Shown here piece after piece: positions 22,190 to 35,878 of a stretch of 64,000 bases of DNA. Source of the DNA: Psammoneis japonica. Taxonomy: Eukaryota. The stretch lies in NCBI GenBank assembly GCA_008632985.1, contig QPGO01000026.1, positions 248,001 to 312,000 of the forward strand, written 5' to 3'. The notes under the pieces are model-generated. The model ran no database searches. It had not been told where the DNA came from and was given only the letters and a program-made list of their open reading frames with translations. The position numbers and the translations under genes are program-made. Within the stretch, counting starts at the first letter, position 1. Every line of letters starts with the position of its first letter.

Positions 22190-25100
22190 GTGTCACCAGG
22201 AGGGGACCAGAGCCCCACCTGTTGCTCTGATCCCTCCCTCCCAGCAATCTGCCATTTTTTGCATTCCAATGGCTGTCTTTTGGTGTGCAGAGTTTGGATC
22301 TGTTGGGGTGCATGGCAGTTCTGTGTTGTCCACCAAGGTGCAGCACACATGCAGTGAAAGGCACTCTTGGTGATGGGTGTCTTCATGCAAATCCCAACGC
22401 CCCAAGCAGATTCTTTCAAGTGACATCAGCAGTGTGCCACATGGTTTGTTCAAGGCTCAGAAGGCTGTTCTGACACAGTGGGCAATCTGACTCAAAGTTG
22501 CCATCATCATGAAAATCTTGTCATTGCTCTCATCTTCAAGCATTCAACTGATGCAGACAGATGCCACTGCATGTGGGATGTGATTGCAGTGTGATTTTGC
22601 ATCTGTGCCACAGATTGCTTCTGGTCTGTGAATTTTTTGGAGTGGATCTCCTGTCAAAACTTTGTCGAGCACACACATCATTGCTCTTTTTCATTTGCTG
22701 CCACAAGCCTCCCATGGGATCTGTCAGTGTGCCTCTGCTTGAGAAACTGTCACTTGGCCAATGTGCTTGTTCCTCTTGTTGTGCCACACATCAAAGAGAA
22801 CAACAACTCAAAGCTTCTTTACAAGCACAGATTCTGTCTCCTTGGTGTCATCACATCTGCAGCTTTAGACCTGGCACACCCATGTTTCCCTGGGATTGCA
22901 GACATGCAGACATCAAATTTGGCCACTGCAGGGTGTTGTGCTCCCACCTTGCAGTCAGAGAAGGATGGGCCAAAGGGGCTGCTTGATGTGTGGGCCTTCA
23001 TTTGCTTTCCACCCTGCACACTTCCCACCCTGCACATGTTCCTCAGTTGTGCATTCCTGGCCAAGTGCTGGCAGCAGGAGTTCTGGTCTTTTGACAGCTT
23101 CAGCCATTGGACAAACTTTGCTGCCCATTTGTTGGTGCCTGGCGGTGGTTGGCAAGGTCCTTGCAGCACTTGCTTTGCCACTGTGGTTTCAGCTGAGCAT
23201 CCAAAATCTTGAAGCAGGGGCTCCTTTTTGAAGAGCACCTCACTCCTTGGGGTTCAAGTTTGGCCACATCATGATCTCCCTTTGTCTTTGCATGCCTTCT
23301 CCATCCCCAGCTTCATGAAGTGTGCCTTGTTGTTCTCAGATCAACCTGGTCCAGTCACTGCTTGCATTGCTGAGCAGGCTTTTCCATCTGCATTTTAAAA
23401 TTCTTCTGAAGGTCTTCTTCTGGTGGTGCACATGTCCTGTTGGCTTCTCTTTGTGTTCAACCAATGTTTCATTCATTTCTGCTCTTGTGCCAAGAGTGGA
23501 GCTTGTGTTGTCAGAGTTTTGAATTCACTCTCTCCTCATTGCCACTTTGTGTTGAGCTTCAATGCCTTTGGGGAGATTTGGAAAGCATCCATGATGTGAT
23601 CTGTCTGCTGCATTGTTCTTCTGATGGTGTGCACAAAAACTCTTCAACCAAGTTGAAATCTGCAGATGAGTTGCCACAGTTGAATCCCCTTTCATGCCTT
23701 GTTGATTTTGTCAGACAATTCTGCCTCATTCACAAGCAGTTTTCTTCATTTTTCCTTTGCCATTGCTTGTGTCTTTCTGTTTTCTTCAAACATTCTTCTG
23801 TGCTCCAGCTTTTCCTGCAATCCACAATCTTTGCAGTTTTCTGGAGCACAATTGCTCTGTTCAGCAGGTTGCATGACAATGTCATCTTCAACACAATCAA
23901 GCTGCTCTTCTTTGCCACTTTCATTTCTTTCAGTTGCCTGCAAGGTGGCCCAGTTTGATGGTTGCCAATGGAGGTGGTGTGCAGCCAAAGACACTTCATT
24001 TGTCTGGATCAATCCACAAAATGCAGTGGGGTCAGCAGAGGTGCAGTCAAATTCTCCAAAGCCTGTCATGCCTTCTCTTGAAAATTTCTGAAACTGGTGA
24101 GATGAAAATGACATTAATTTGGGTCTCTGATCTGTTCTTGTTGCATGTTGCAACTGGCTCAAGACTCAGATGCTTCAGTTTCATGGCATCCTCCAGGTGC
24201 AATGATCTTGCCCATGAGTTTGTTTTGGCACTCCGCACACTCTCATTTTCAAATCTGCACCTGGCACAATCAGACACCCTTTTTCTTGCCAAGCTCTTGT
24301 TTTTTCTGTCAGGTCTTGTTCTGGCAGGAGTGCTTTCCTTGGGTCTTGAATGTCTTGTTTTGTCAACAGGCACATGGAGTGTTGGGAGCACCCTGTTCCA
24401 GGGTGTCCTGTTTCACATCTGTGAATTTGGCCAAACAGCTCATGTTTTGCATGATTTTTCCTGAATTTCACCATGCTTCACTGTGGTGAAAACAACAAGC
24501 TTTGAGTGATGGAGGAGGTCTGTCTGTCAACTCTCATTTATGTTGTGTTTGTTGTGTGTCAAAGATTGCACATGCATGAAAAGTTGGCAAATGGCAAACT
24601 GCATTTTTGAGAAATGTTGATGTCCCAACAGTTGTGCTTCAATTGTGGTGCTGATGGTTCTCGTTTTTGTGTGTGATCGGTTGTGAATCAGCTGCAACTG
24701 TGAACAATTCTTGCATCCAAAAACAAACACCACAAAAAACCTCATTCAAATGCAATGATGATTTTGGGACAATGCTGGGATGACGCCCCTCAAACCTGGC
24801 CCATGTCCAACATCCCAGTCCTGTTCTGTCTTTTTCTTTTTTTCAATTGAGCGGCGGCTCATCAGTTTGCAGAGTGGTGTTTGTTCATTGCTGCAACTGT
24901 GTGGGAGCATCAGAAAGTGTGCCAATGGCCTCTCCATTGTTGGATTTTGGCATCTGTCCAAAGTTTAAATTTGCTTTGACAACCCCCATGGCATCAGCAT
25001 GACTTTTTGTGATCCATTGTTCAATCTCGTGGTTCTTGTTGTGTCTGGTCTGGTCTTTTCCAATGGGAGCCTTTCAGCATTGTGGAAGGGAAAACAGCAG

Positions 25101-26400
25101 GCTCTCTGCATTTTTGTGCTTGAAGAGTCTCCCCACCATTCATCAGTTTGTCAGCCCAAATTTTGCCTGTTTGCATCCTCATGAGGCAATGGCTTGCTGG
25201 ATCACCAAGGATGGCCCAGACTGGGGATCTCCACCACAGCTCCCTTCTCAGCTGGCCTGAGAGCCGGTGAAGTCACTCATTTCTGCACCACTTTCATGAC
25301 AAGAGATGAGGCCAGACTGGAGGCAACTTCTGTGTTCTTGATTTGCTCTTGCAAAAGTCTGAGTTTGTCTTGACCCTCTTCAAGTTTTGCTCCAGTTGAT
25401 GGGGCAGGGCCAACCAAAGAATTGTGCTTTTCCTTCAGTGACTCCTTTTTTCTCTCAGCATCGCTGCTCCTTTGAATTGGATCAGTTTGTCATCTTCATG
25501 AGCAGAGGAGTGTGTTGCATTGTCGTCCTTGTTTCCTGCTGATCCTGCTGATTTGATGGCATTTTTGAAACATTCTGCCACTTGCTCCATTGCTGTTTTT
25601 GCTCATTTGACATTGCCATCTTTCTTGGGGGACTTGGAGGAGGTCTTGGATGACTCTTGCTTCTAGTCTGCTTGCTGTGTTGTGCTGGCTGATGTTCAAT
25701 TTCCAGCTTTCTTCCATTTCCCATTGACCATCTTTGTGATGATTTTGAGTGGCTTCTCTTGTTCTCTTTTGAGGTTGTCTCACACCTGTTTCTGCATTGC
25801 ACCATTTGTTGCAACACACCGCAACACCCAATGCCTTGAACCACTTTGCCAAATCTGACCCTGAGCAGCACAGCACTTCTGATTTAGGTTGTTGATTGAT
25901 TGCATTGCTTTTGCATGGACTTTCCTTTGGAATGCAATGACATGCTCATTTGGCCTGTTCCATTTGATGTTGATGTGATGGAAGAGCATTTTTTCTTTTT
26001 TGATGTGGGGTCCAGCACCTGGTCCCTCATCAAGCAGTGTTGGAGTGTGGTGCAGGTCTTGGATGAATTTGTCTGGTGAACACTGGACAAACGTGCAGCA
26101 GCGCACCTGTCCCAGGACCTGCTCTGCAAAGCAGTGTTGACATTGAGTGAGTTCTGCAGCATTTTTGTTGATGTCATGAGGTGTGCACACTGAATGACTT
26201 GCAAGAGTGGCACAGAATGAAGTGCGCCATTGCACCAAGGACCTTCTTCTCCTTGCTCCAACTCTCCAATTTAGTTTGGCTGTGATTCTCACCTTGAGCA
26301 CCTCATGGACTTCAACATTGATGTGAGTTGCCACTGGATGCTTCTTTTGATCATTCCAGTTGAATGTTGGTCATTTTCCAGCAGGTCCACATGTCATTCT
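22190..26400 (-). mobile_element. Decayed Ambal-like LINE (ORF1, endonuclease and RT remnants)
   Basis: Residual motifs QDPRKALL, HCILWID, PLLQDFG..QVLQG..PPPGT, SSPFG..K.GA, LVDNTEL, WEGGIRATGGALVP. Ends approximate. Confidence 0.6.
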
Positions 26401-26871
26401 CCACTGCATTCCCAGCAAGTCAGGGTCTTTGACATCCAGGGCATGATGGATGGCACAGTGCAGGAGGAGGGGAGTGTCTGTCATCATTTTTGAGCTGCAA
26501 CACAGCCATCTGAAGCATTTGGTGGGTGGGTGGACTGGCGTGGGACATTGGGTTCCTTGCCACTGTGAACTTTCCCACCTCAATCTCTTTTGTCATGCCA
26601 ACCTGCAAAAGAACTCTGGAATTTTTGTCATGCCAACCTGCAAAAGAACTCTGGAATGACAAATTTGCACAGAAAAAGCACCAGGGCCCCAACAGAAATG
26701 ACAAGAAAGTCTGGAACATCATGATTTTTGTTGCTGATTTTGTGCTGAATTCTGCACTGTTTCTGGATGTTCCAGACTTTGTTGGGCTTTCCACCAGAGC
26801 CCTGGTGCTGATTCCACACAAATTTGATGTTCCAGAGTTTTTTTGCACAGCAGCGTGCTGTTGAGGTTTTG

Positions 26872-27053
26872 GTCAAAGTCTGTCAGTGGGATTTTTGGCT
26901 CCCCTGTGACAATGATGTGTGCGGCACAGCAGGTTGGCTGCATGTTCTTGGTGGCTGGCTCTTGTCAAAGTCTGTCAGTGGGATTTTTGGCTCCCCTGTG
27001 ACAATGAAGTGTGCGGCACAGCAGGTTGGCTGCATGTTCTTGGTGATTGGCTC
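26872..27053. repeat. Tandem duplication, ~92-bp unit x2
   Basis: GTCAAAGTCTGTCAGTGGGATTTTTGGCTCCCC... at 26872 and 26964. Confidence 0.9.
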
Positions 27054-27776
27054 AAGGGTTGAAGTGTCCTGTGCCAAGGAAAGAGCTGAACAGCTCTTGC
27101 TCTTGAGCCTTGCCTTCTGGAACATCTTCACAGGGGAGTGTCGCTCTCCTCTGCAAGTGGCTTCCAGATCTGGATCCCATGTTCCGATGAGTTGGCTCTC
27201 ATCAAGCATTCTTCAGATGTGTGATCCTTGTCAGTGATCTGAGCTTCTTCTGGCTGGGGGAGATTCTTCCATCTCAGTGCTCTTCTTGCTGCACGTGTTG
27301 TGTTTGTGTGGGGTTTGGGGGGTGATGATCGTTTCCTTGGTGCACGGTTTCTGCGTGGAATTTGCACCAGCGTTCTTCGGTGCTTGCTCGATGGGATTTT
27401 TTGCTTTGCCATCTTGTCCTTTACCGGTTTTTTTTTTGTGCCCTTGTGGGGTGATCCGTGATTCTTTCCGCCAGAGTTGCGTCGTTTGCCGGCTGCCATG
27501 CATGGTGCGATTTTTTCGCTGTTCGTGCGTCTGATTTTTTTGATCCGTCCCTCTCGCTCTCTCTACTCTAGCTAGACTACTAGCTAGTAGAGAGTTTCAT
27601 CTACCAATGCAAGAAGTTACTATTGTGCTTTTACAACAAACAAAAACCCAGTGCCACATTGGAAGAGTGAAAAGCTCGATTGCAACCGGTGCAAGTCATG
27701 CCAGAAATACCTTGCGACAATCAAAGCCTCTCCTGCGTCAGGCGTGCATCCACTCTCATTACAGCATGCGTGATCT

Positions 27777-29802
27777 TCACACCATGTCGTCCTCGTCCTC
27801 GGGTGTAGGTTCCACCTCTTGCACCGAATCATAGAAAGAGCATTCACTGCCTGCGTAGAGGTCATCCCTTGCCGCTGTAACATCATGAATTATGTCACAG
27901 ATGCGAAGCATCTCGGAGTGGTGTGTTACAATGATTGCTGTTTTTCCTTGGAGAAAATTGTCAAGTTCATTGATGAGAATCTCCCTTGAAGTCTCATCTA
28001 ACGCCGACAAACATTCATCGAGAAGAACGAGATCGGCGTTGGCACATGTGCAAAACAAATGGGCCAGGTGAAGTCTCTGAAGTTGACCACCACTAATCAT
28101 GTTTTCACCGTCAATGAGATATTCATCTAGTTCATTTGGGAGAGACTTGACCCACTCATCAATATTGGCTTGTTTCAACGCTGCCCACACCTGCTCGTCA
28201 GTCACGCTCTCTTTAGCACCGTAGGTTACGTTTTCACGGATCGTACGGGCAAAGAGTGACTGGTCTTGAGAAACATATGCCATTTGCATGCCGTCCCATA
28301 TGCGGGTGGTACCATGGTCGGGTGACAAGAGAGAGGCAATGACTTTTAGCGTGGAGCTTTTCCCGGATCCGGATTCACCCACCTGTGAAGTGTACGCACG
28401 GCGGAGGAAGTATATGAGGACAAGATTGATTCAAATAGCGTATTTGAGTGATTTTTAAACAATTTGCTCACCAATCCGTGGCTTGAGCCTCGCTTGAACG
28501 AAAGGGATTTGTTATCAAGTACTCGTCTGCTTCTACCATCATAGTTGAGCACCACGTTTTCCAGTTTGAGTTCCTTGGCCGTTGGATCCACGATGCGTTG
28601 GGATGGCCTTCGATGAAAGGACGGCCGATCAGCTGCTACTTCTCCCAACTCTTCATCGCTGTCACTCTCTTTATCTGTAGATGGTTCAGATAGATTTGAG
28701 CTCACATCAAATTCTCTTTGGTGGATGCCCAGAAAGAAATCTATTGCTGCCTTGGCGTCAAGGAAAGCTCGTTGTCTGTCGCTCGTGTGACTGATGTAGA
28801 GCATACTCTTGTGGCTTTCATCGACAAAAAGCATTGTCAACAAAACGGCAGATCCTGTATTGAATGCATCCACAGGGTTATCTGACTGTGAGACTATCGC
28901 ATAGGAAATCATGATGACGAAAACGACATATAGTGCGGAGAGCAAGAGTCCGGCGATTTCTTTAAGGAATCGGAGACGGGCGTCTGTGAGTCGAGCTTTG
29001 TCACTCGACTCCTCCAGTTCCGTCAAAGCCAAACGCTCTTTCTCTTCCATACCCATCACTTTAATTCGAACGCCGTTCTTTATGACATCTTGTAGCCTGT
29101 CGTTGACTTGGCGTGCATTCGTTTCCAAAGCTTCCCGAGACTCAGTTCTCCTGACCTCAATGAGTCTTACTGTGAGCTCTGAAATCAGCAAGATGACTAC
29201 ACTCAGCACTCCTCCATACCAAGTGAACACAAAGAACAGAACAACACAAACGGGCAATTTCACTTTGTTGTAAAGCATCATGAATTCTTCATTGGCCTAG
29301 GGTAGATGGTAGATTGAAAATGAAAGGGTGGTGAGCTACAGGAAATAAAACAATTCAAATATCCAGTTGCGAACCTATTCTTTGTGCGTACCTGGTAATC
29401 TTCAATGATCTTTGCCTTCATAATCAAATCAGTCGACAATTGAGATATATTTATGGCTTTTGCAGCTCCAGAGATCCCGACAGCACAATCTAATATATTA
29501 TGACGAAGCTTGCGAGCACAGGCAGCGCTGCGCACGGCTGCCAAACATAAGGAAGTTGCGCAAATGACTACCGACACTGTTATGAAAAAGGCTGCGAGAA
29601 ACGCTGTTGCCCAAAAGGAGAGACCTTTGAGTAGGATGACATCGTATAAGGGTTTAGATGGGAACGAATCCATCTCAAGGGACATGCTTGAACCAATGAG
29701 CTTGCTGATCGCCACACCTGTTAGCCACTTTGCCAAAAGCGTCACAACGACTTGCGCCACCGCAAGGATGGTTAACAGAAGATGTGTTCTTGTAATGGTC
29801 AT
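27777..29802 (-). CDS. ABC half-transporter (TMD + NBD); exons 29802-29392, 29296-28472, 28382-27777
   Basis: Two GT-AG introns restore the frame. Walker A GESGSGKS, Q-loop YVSQD, signature ISGGQ, Walker B LVLLDE, H-loop VTHH, hydrophobic N-terminal helices. Confidence 0.88.
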
Positions 29803-30217
29803 TAGCAGGGACGATGCGAAAACGATTCAATCGCTTTTTTTGCTCTGAAAAGGGGGCATACGCCGCATGCAGAATGAGGGCGGAATACAAAATGCCGTTG
29901 CTTTGCGAGTTGCTTAGCTAGGAAATGCCGGTAGATAGATGCGAGCACGCAATCAACAGGCTGTGCATGGATTTGTGAGTCTTATTTTTTCGCATTCTGA
30001 CTTTTCATGACATTTTGTGAACGTCTTCGTGCGAAAACATTGATAAAAAATTAACGCCTGCGACAAATTCAGTCTTGCCCGACAACTAAATAATAGGGCT
30101 AGTGTATGTGTCTTGCGTACGTGCCGCCGTTGTGTGTTGGACATTAAACACGTGCGTAAGACATGACGTGGAGTGAGCTGGTACTGTAGCTACGATACGA
30201 GGTACAGTAGACTACGT

Positions 30218-30236
30218 CAGGGACATTATGTCCCTG
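30218..30236. mobile_element. 19-bp palindromic insert with 8-bp direct repeat (hAT-like remnant)
   Basis: GACTACGT-CAGGGACATTATGTCCCTG-GACTACGT. Confidence 0.55.
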
Positions 30237-30269
30237 GACTACGTAACAATCGGCACTTAGACTAGAGGG

Positions 30270-33200
30270 GAGAGCACATGTGCCATGCCAGTGGTGGCTT
30301 TATGTAGAAACCGGCACACACGTGGCACAAGACCAATGATGTTGGGGCAACTGAGCCCAACACATTCGGACCTGAAACTCTTTTGTTGCAAGTCACGTCA
30401 TCAGACTTGAGTGGCTGGCCTAGAAGGTGTCTTCAAGAAGGGTGGAAACTGATGCAGGCAGCCAACAAACAGCACTTTTTTGTTCCCTGCTGTGTGTGTG
30501 TTTCTGAAAAAAAAACAGCCGCTTCTTTTGTTTTTTTGCAGCACCTCGGAATGACAACAGCAGTGTTGTTTTTGAGTGGCTCAGAACTTGCCAGTCAAAA
30601 ACCAGATGAAAAGAAAAAACAGAACATTGGCTGTCACATGCCTCTGTGACATCGTTTCACTTCTCAACACACACCTGTTTGCGCACACCATGGGTTGCCG
30701 TTTGTCCAGCTGCAGCAGCTCAAAGGCATGCAGAGGAGAGGTTGCCACTGTTGTCCAGTGAAGAAGCAGCATCAGAATGCAGCCAATGGGGTGGGAAAGT
30801 GCTGCCACAGCATGGACATCCATCTTTGTGTTTGTGGTGCTGCAACGCCGTTTCAGGTGTTTGGTGTCCCAGACGTCCGCTGCGCTGCCAGAGAGCTCAT
30901 CTCATGCACCCCATGCTTGACAGAGGTGCAGCCATTTGTTCTGTTTTTTGGATGTCCCACCTGATGTTGCTGCTGGGGTTTGTCCCATGGCCCCCATTCC
31001 CGCTGTGGGCGCAGCAACATCAGCAAACACATGATCCTTCAAGAGGGTTGCACAAGGGTGCACCCCACACTCCCTCCTCATTTCAGGGGTGCAGCTGCTG
31101 AATCCTTTTTTTAGGAATGAAAGCTGGAGAGCATGCTTCTGGGGTTTTTGTCCCATGGCTCCCACCTCAGTTGGGGGTGCAGCTGTTCAAGGATTTCCAT
31201 TTGTTTGTGTGGGCAATTGCACCAACGCATCATCCCACAGTTTTGGTGATGGGGGACAACTCAATGTCCATGTTGCCATGAACTGCCACTTCACCCACTC
31301 CCCCCAGGTGCACTCTGCATCTCCCTTTTTTGTTTCAATGGAGCTTCTCCTTCTGGTGCCACTTTGCTGTCTGGTTTGACTGCACACTTTCCTTCTTCTT
31401 TTTTTGCAGCACGTGCTGGGGGGTGTCATCTGAGCCACACTCCTCTTTTGCTGTTGACCCCCTTGAAGTGCCAGCAGAAGAAACCACTTCCACATCAAAC
31501 AATTTCTTCTGTTTCCTCCTCTGCACCTCTCCAAGCTTCTGGTGCCTCACCTTCTCTTCATGCTCCTGATGGCACATCTGCTGCTGTCCCCATTTTGGCT
31601 CCCATCCAATGGAGAGGACTTGAGAAAAACATTTGGGATTTTGTGTGAAGATCCAAAAGAAATGCACTGGAAGAATTCAACCTGACTGTGCAAGCTTGGG
31701 AAGACCAGCCACAAGTGCTGGGATCACACCAATTGCACTCACTTTGTGCTCCCCAATCTTGACAGGGGCCAGACTTCCATTTGTGCTGATGGGAAGCACT
31801 GTCATTGCATGATGGTGCATTCTGACCTTTGCCAGGCCATGGTGGAGTTTTCTTCAAAATGCTTGCATTGGTTTTTACATGTGTCTCTTCCTTGCAAAAA
31901 CCACCACAATGACAGCCTTCATCATGCATGATGGTCACCCCATTGTTGATCGATTGGATTTTAAGGCTCTTTCAAAGAAAACAGGAGAAACTCCAGCTGA
32001 TTCCTTGCCAGAGCTGCGCTGCCACAATGCTTTGTCAACAAAAGCTGCCAAGCCTTCATCTTCATCTGCTGGCTCCAATCGTCAGTTGCTGGGCCAGTGC
32101 AAGGATTGGGGCTGCACCTCCACCCAATGCACTGGCTGGATGTCAGAAATCACACAGTGGGGTGTTTGTCAGTTGTGTGCAGGCAGTGAAAGATCCAGCT
32201 GTGCTTCTGTCTGTGTTTGCAGGAGTTTCTGACTGCGTGAAGCAAGTTCACAACATTCCTTGGATGTCACCAGGACAAGTTTCATTTTGTCATGATGACC
32301 CTGATGACGTCAACACAAGAAAAGTCAGCCTCATCTCTCCTGACTGTTGTGCTCCATTGCTGCATGTCATCAACACTGACATCAACAATCTCTTGCACTC
32401 TCACTGTGACAAGCACAACAGCAACAAGAAACCAAGAAGTCAGTCTTGTCCCAGGGAATGGCAAGTGGTGTTTGAATGCCACGCTGTGGACAGCTGTCAC
32501 AGGTTGCAATCACAAAGAACATGACCACCAGGTCTCTGTGGAGCTTGTTCACTCCCTGCACATGGCTGCCATCATGGAGGTTTTGTGGCTCTTTGCTGGA
32601 GTCATGAAAGCACATTGGTTTGGATCACATCAGAAGTGGTGCTCCAGTCAAATGCATCCCTCACTGCAAAGTGGTCAAGATGAAGTGCAACCCAGATCCA
32701 CTTGGTCACCTTCTTCTGTCTGTCAATGCAATTGGTGAGTTGATCCGCATGCATTTCCTCTTGTTCCTTGCCACCATCTTGTTGTTTTGCACCTTGGGCA
32801 TTGCAAGTCCCCAGCCATGCTTCTTTGCAGCCACATGCACAGCTCTGCTGCAGGAGTGCCGCCATTTAAAGCACTGTCATCCCAAGGATTTTTGCATTGG
32901 TTGCTTGGTGGCATCAATCATTGTGAAGATTGATGCAAAGTTGTGTCACAAAAAGAGGAATCTGCCACCTTCTCATCATGCCTTTTGTCATTTGTTTGTT
33001 CTTGGAACATGTGGGGAATGGTGAAATTAGGGCTTTGGGACATGTGTCACAACTCTGTCTGGTCAAGATTTGGATGAAGTTGGGCATTCATCTGGGGCTC
33101 AGATGGGAAAGTGTCACACAGTTTGTTCTTTAATGGCACCCACCATTGACAATTTTGGTGACCTTGGTGCAAACCATTTGTGGCTTGGCATTGTCTGCCA

Positions 33201-34580
33201 TTGGATGCTTGCCTTTCTGCTTTGTCAATCTTGCAGAGGTTGCCAAGAATGTGAAGGTGATGAAAGCTTGGATGCTTCTGGTGCTTCCTGAAAGTCTGCA
33301 GGGCTCCAAGACAATTGACAACACTGTCCAGGATGTGATGAAAAACATCAGTGCAGCACTTGCAAATGGATCAGGAGAAGGTGTCACTTGCCACAACAAA
33401 ACAGCATCTGCCAGGAATGTTGCATGTCAATTGCACCATTGGCTTGGACCGTTGCTGCTTGAACATGGTTTGCATTGGTCAAAACCTCTTTTTGTCATGA
33501 AAGAAGGTTTCATTGAAGCCATTTCCATGAACCAAAGAAATGCCAAACAAGTTGCCAAGGTGAAAGGCGGCCTTCATCAGACCATTCCTTCTGCTGGAGA
33601 GCACATTTCCATTTCTGACTTGAAAACAGCATGTTCCTCCAAGAAGCAGGGAGAAGGTCACACCGGCAATTTCAACAACCACTTTTGCAAGAAGCCAAAC
33701 AATCAAAGGAAGAAGGGAGCACTGGTCTGTCCTCACTTGATGTCAAACATGAGAAGTCCAAACAGATGGTTGCAGTGTTGCTGTTGTGATCCAGAGAGGA
33801 ATCTTTGCAGATTTTGGCAGCTGCAGCACTCTTGCATTTCTTGGAGTTGCTCAGAAACATTTTCACTGACTGATCTTTGCCTGTTGCTTGATGAGCATCT
33901 GTGAAGGGCTCCATCCACTCTGTGTGTTCAAGCACTTCATGCACCCAGTCTTGCACCAATCTTGGCTTGACTCCTTGTGCAATGCAGGTGGATCCTGCTC
34001 CAACATTTCACAGTCATGGTTGCCCATCTGTTCTTGTGTCGTCTTGACATTCCACGTTGTCTCTTCTTCCTTGAGCATTGGTTGTCCTTGAATTTGAGAA
34101 CCTTCCTGTTTGTCAAGGGTGCCTGCACCAGGTCAAAGACAGGATCACCATTGGAAGTGTGCACCTTTGTGTGTCTCTCTAAGATGGTGGACCTGAATGT
34201 GTTGATGTCTTTCTAGAAAAGATGGCTGCATTGTCTTGACAACACAAGGGGTTCATCCAGTGTTTCTCCTCCTGTGTCTGACAAAAAACACACAGCCATT
34301 TCTAGAACATTGTTCTCTTTGCCTCAACAAGTCTGCACAAATTTAACCCTGTCACAATGGGTTTTCCAGAGTTGCGCCTTCCATGTTCAGCTCTGTTGTT
34401 CTGATTGCAGAAGAGGCATTTGGGCAATGCATTTTTAGAGTGCAGCACAAATGTGCGACATCCACTCAAAATTTGCAAGTCATGGAATGGACAGGTCCCA
34501 TGAAACCAAGTTGGAATTTTGTGCCATTTTGTTTGTCACTTTTGTTGGCATTTCCCTTCAAAAAGCAACCACACTGAAAG
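30270..34580. repeat. Unclassified heavily mutated block
   Basis: TpA and CpG both nearly absent. No confidently recognisable domain. Confidence 0.55.
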
Positions 34581-34654
34581 CTGACCTGGCGTTTGCAGCA
34601 AGCATCTTTTTTTTTGAATTGTTCAATGGTTTGGTGACAGTGGCCACTTCACCA

Positions 34655-35878
34655 TCAAGCATTCCTGCTGTTGAGGGGCTTCTGGATGCTCGGCACTCGC
34701 CTTGAGAATTCGCAGCTGTGCATCTGCATCAATCGAACCAGGATCATCCTTGCACTCCTCCAGGGATCCAAGATCAAAGAGGCAGATCTCATTCTGTTGG
34801 ATGCCAACATGTTGCCAATGAATGTCATCAGTCTTGTGCAGGAGCTTGCGACTCTTGCAAGCCTCCAAAATGAGTCAGATTTGGGGCAGAGCTGCCTGTC
34901 TTGCTTCCATGGTTGTGAGGGGGTCAAAGCATGGAAGCAGAGTGCACCAATGCCGATGCAGTTTCTTCACTCGGACTTGATGTTCATCACCGTAGAGGAT
35001 TGTCCACATGTTCATCTCCTTTTCAGCCTCCACCTTTCTCGCGTTCAAGAGCAATGTGTGTTGTTGTTGGTGCACAGAAGCGCTTTCCCGACTTCTGTGG
35101 GATTCTTCGGCTTTGACAAGGAAGAACTTTGCGACCAGTGCTTTCCCACCAGGGCGGCTGCACACCAAGAATCTCTTCCACCACCACCTTTCCCAAGGTC
35201 ATGCAACAGGCAGAAGCTCTTGGTCATTGAGGATGGAAAGGAGTGACAGTCAATTGCCGCAGTTGAGGGCAAATCGCGCCAAACCATTCCTTCCTCATTG
35301 ACTCAAGCACAACCTTGTGAAGGAGTGCTGCCTTGCAAGGGAAGTGGAAGACTTGGAGACTCCATGCAAGACTTGGTTCCACATCAAATCGCAAGGACCA
35401 TGCCCTTGAGCATGTTGACATGCCTGACAACATTTGCACAACAAAGAGCGCGACTCCAATCTTCATCGTTGCTCTCCCCGTCATCACATTTGTCCTCAGA
35501 GCGCTCGGTTGGGCCATCAGAAGCTGATGGCATTTTTTGGTCTGAAGCAACAGCGTTGAGTTTTGACAATGGGCTTCCAGGTGCTTGTGGCTTGTTGACA
35601 TTGTTGGGCTGGCCATTGCCGCCTTCCAGGAAGGCGATCTCCTCCGTCAAATCATTTTCAATGTCACCTGAGACTCGCTCCAGTGACTCCTTTGACATGC
35701 CATCGTCGTCAAGATGTGCAATTGCCACGCGGTTGTGTGAGGACAAAACCACAAATGGCCGCAACACCCCTCCAGCAAGCATGCCAACAAGACAGTCGCA
35801 CACTTGTCCACCAACACTGTGTGAACTGAAAACTTTGAGACCTGGCTTCTTCACTTTGACAACCGGAACAATGCAGCC
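34655..35878 (-). pseudogene. CRN-like nuclease/kinase-like gene, 3' half (split by Copia-2)
   Basis: VVKVKKPG nuclease-like motif, then DIHWQHVG..LFDLGSL kinase-like motif. 5' half at 52846-53276. Confidence 0.6.

Larger units (their letters stand above)
20230..27555. repeat. Heavily mutated repeat block (TpA- and largely CpG-depleted)
   Basis: TG/CA-rich with almost no TA. Contains a decayed LINE and unclassified remnants. Confidence 0.75.

Noticed and set aside
27720..27780. Functional SECIS behind the ABC transporter
   Set aside because: Only the 3' arm is present and the CDS has no in-frame UGA.
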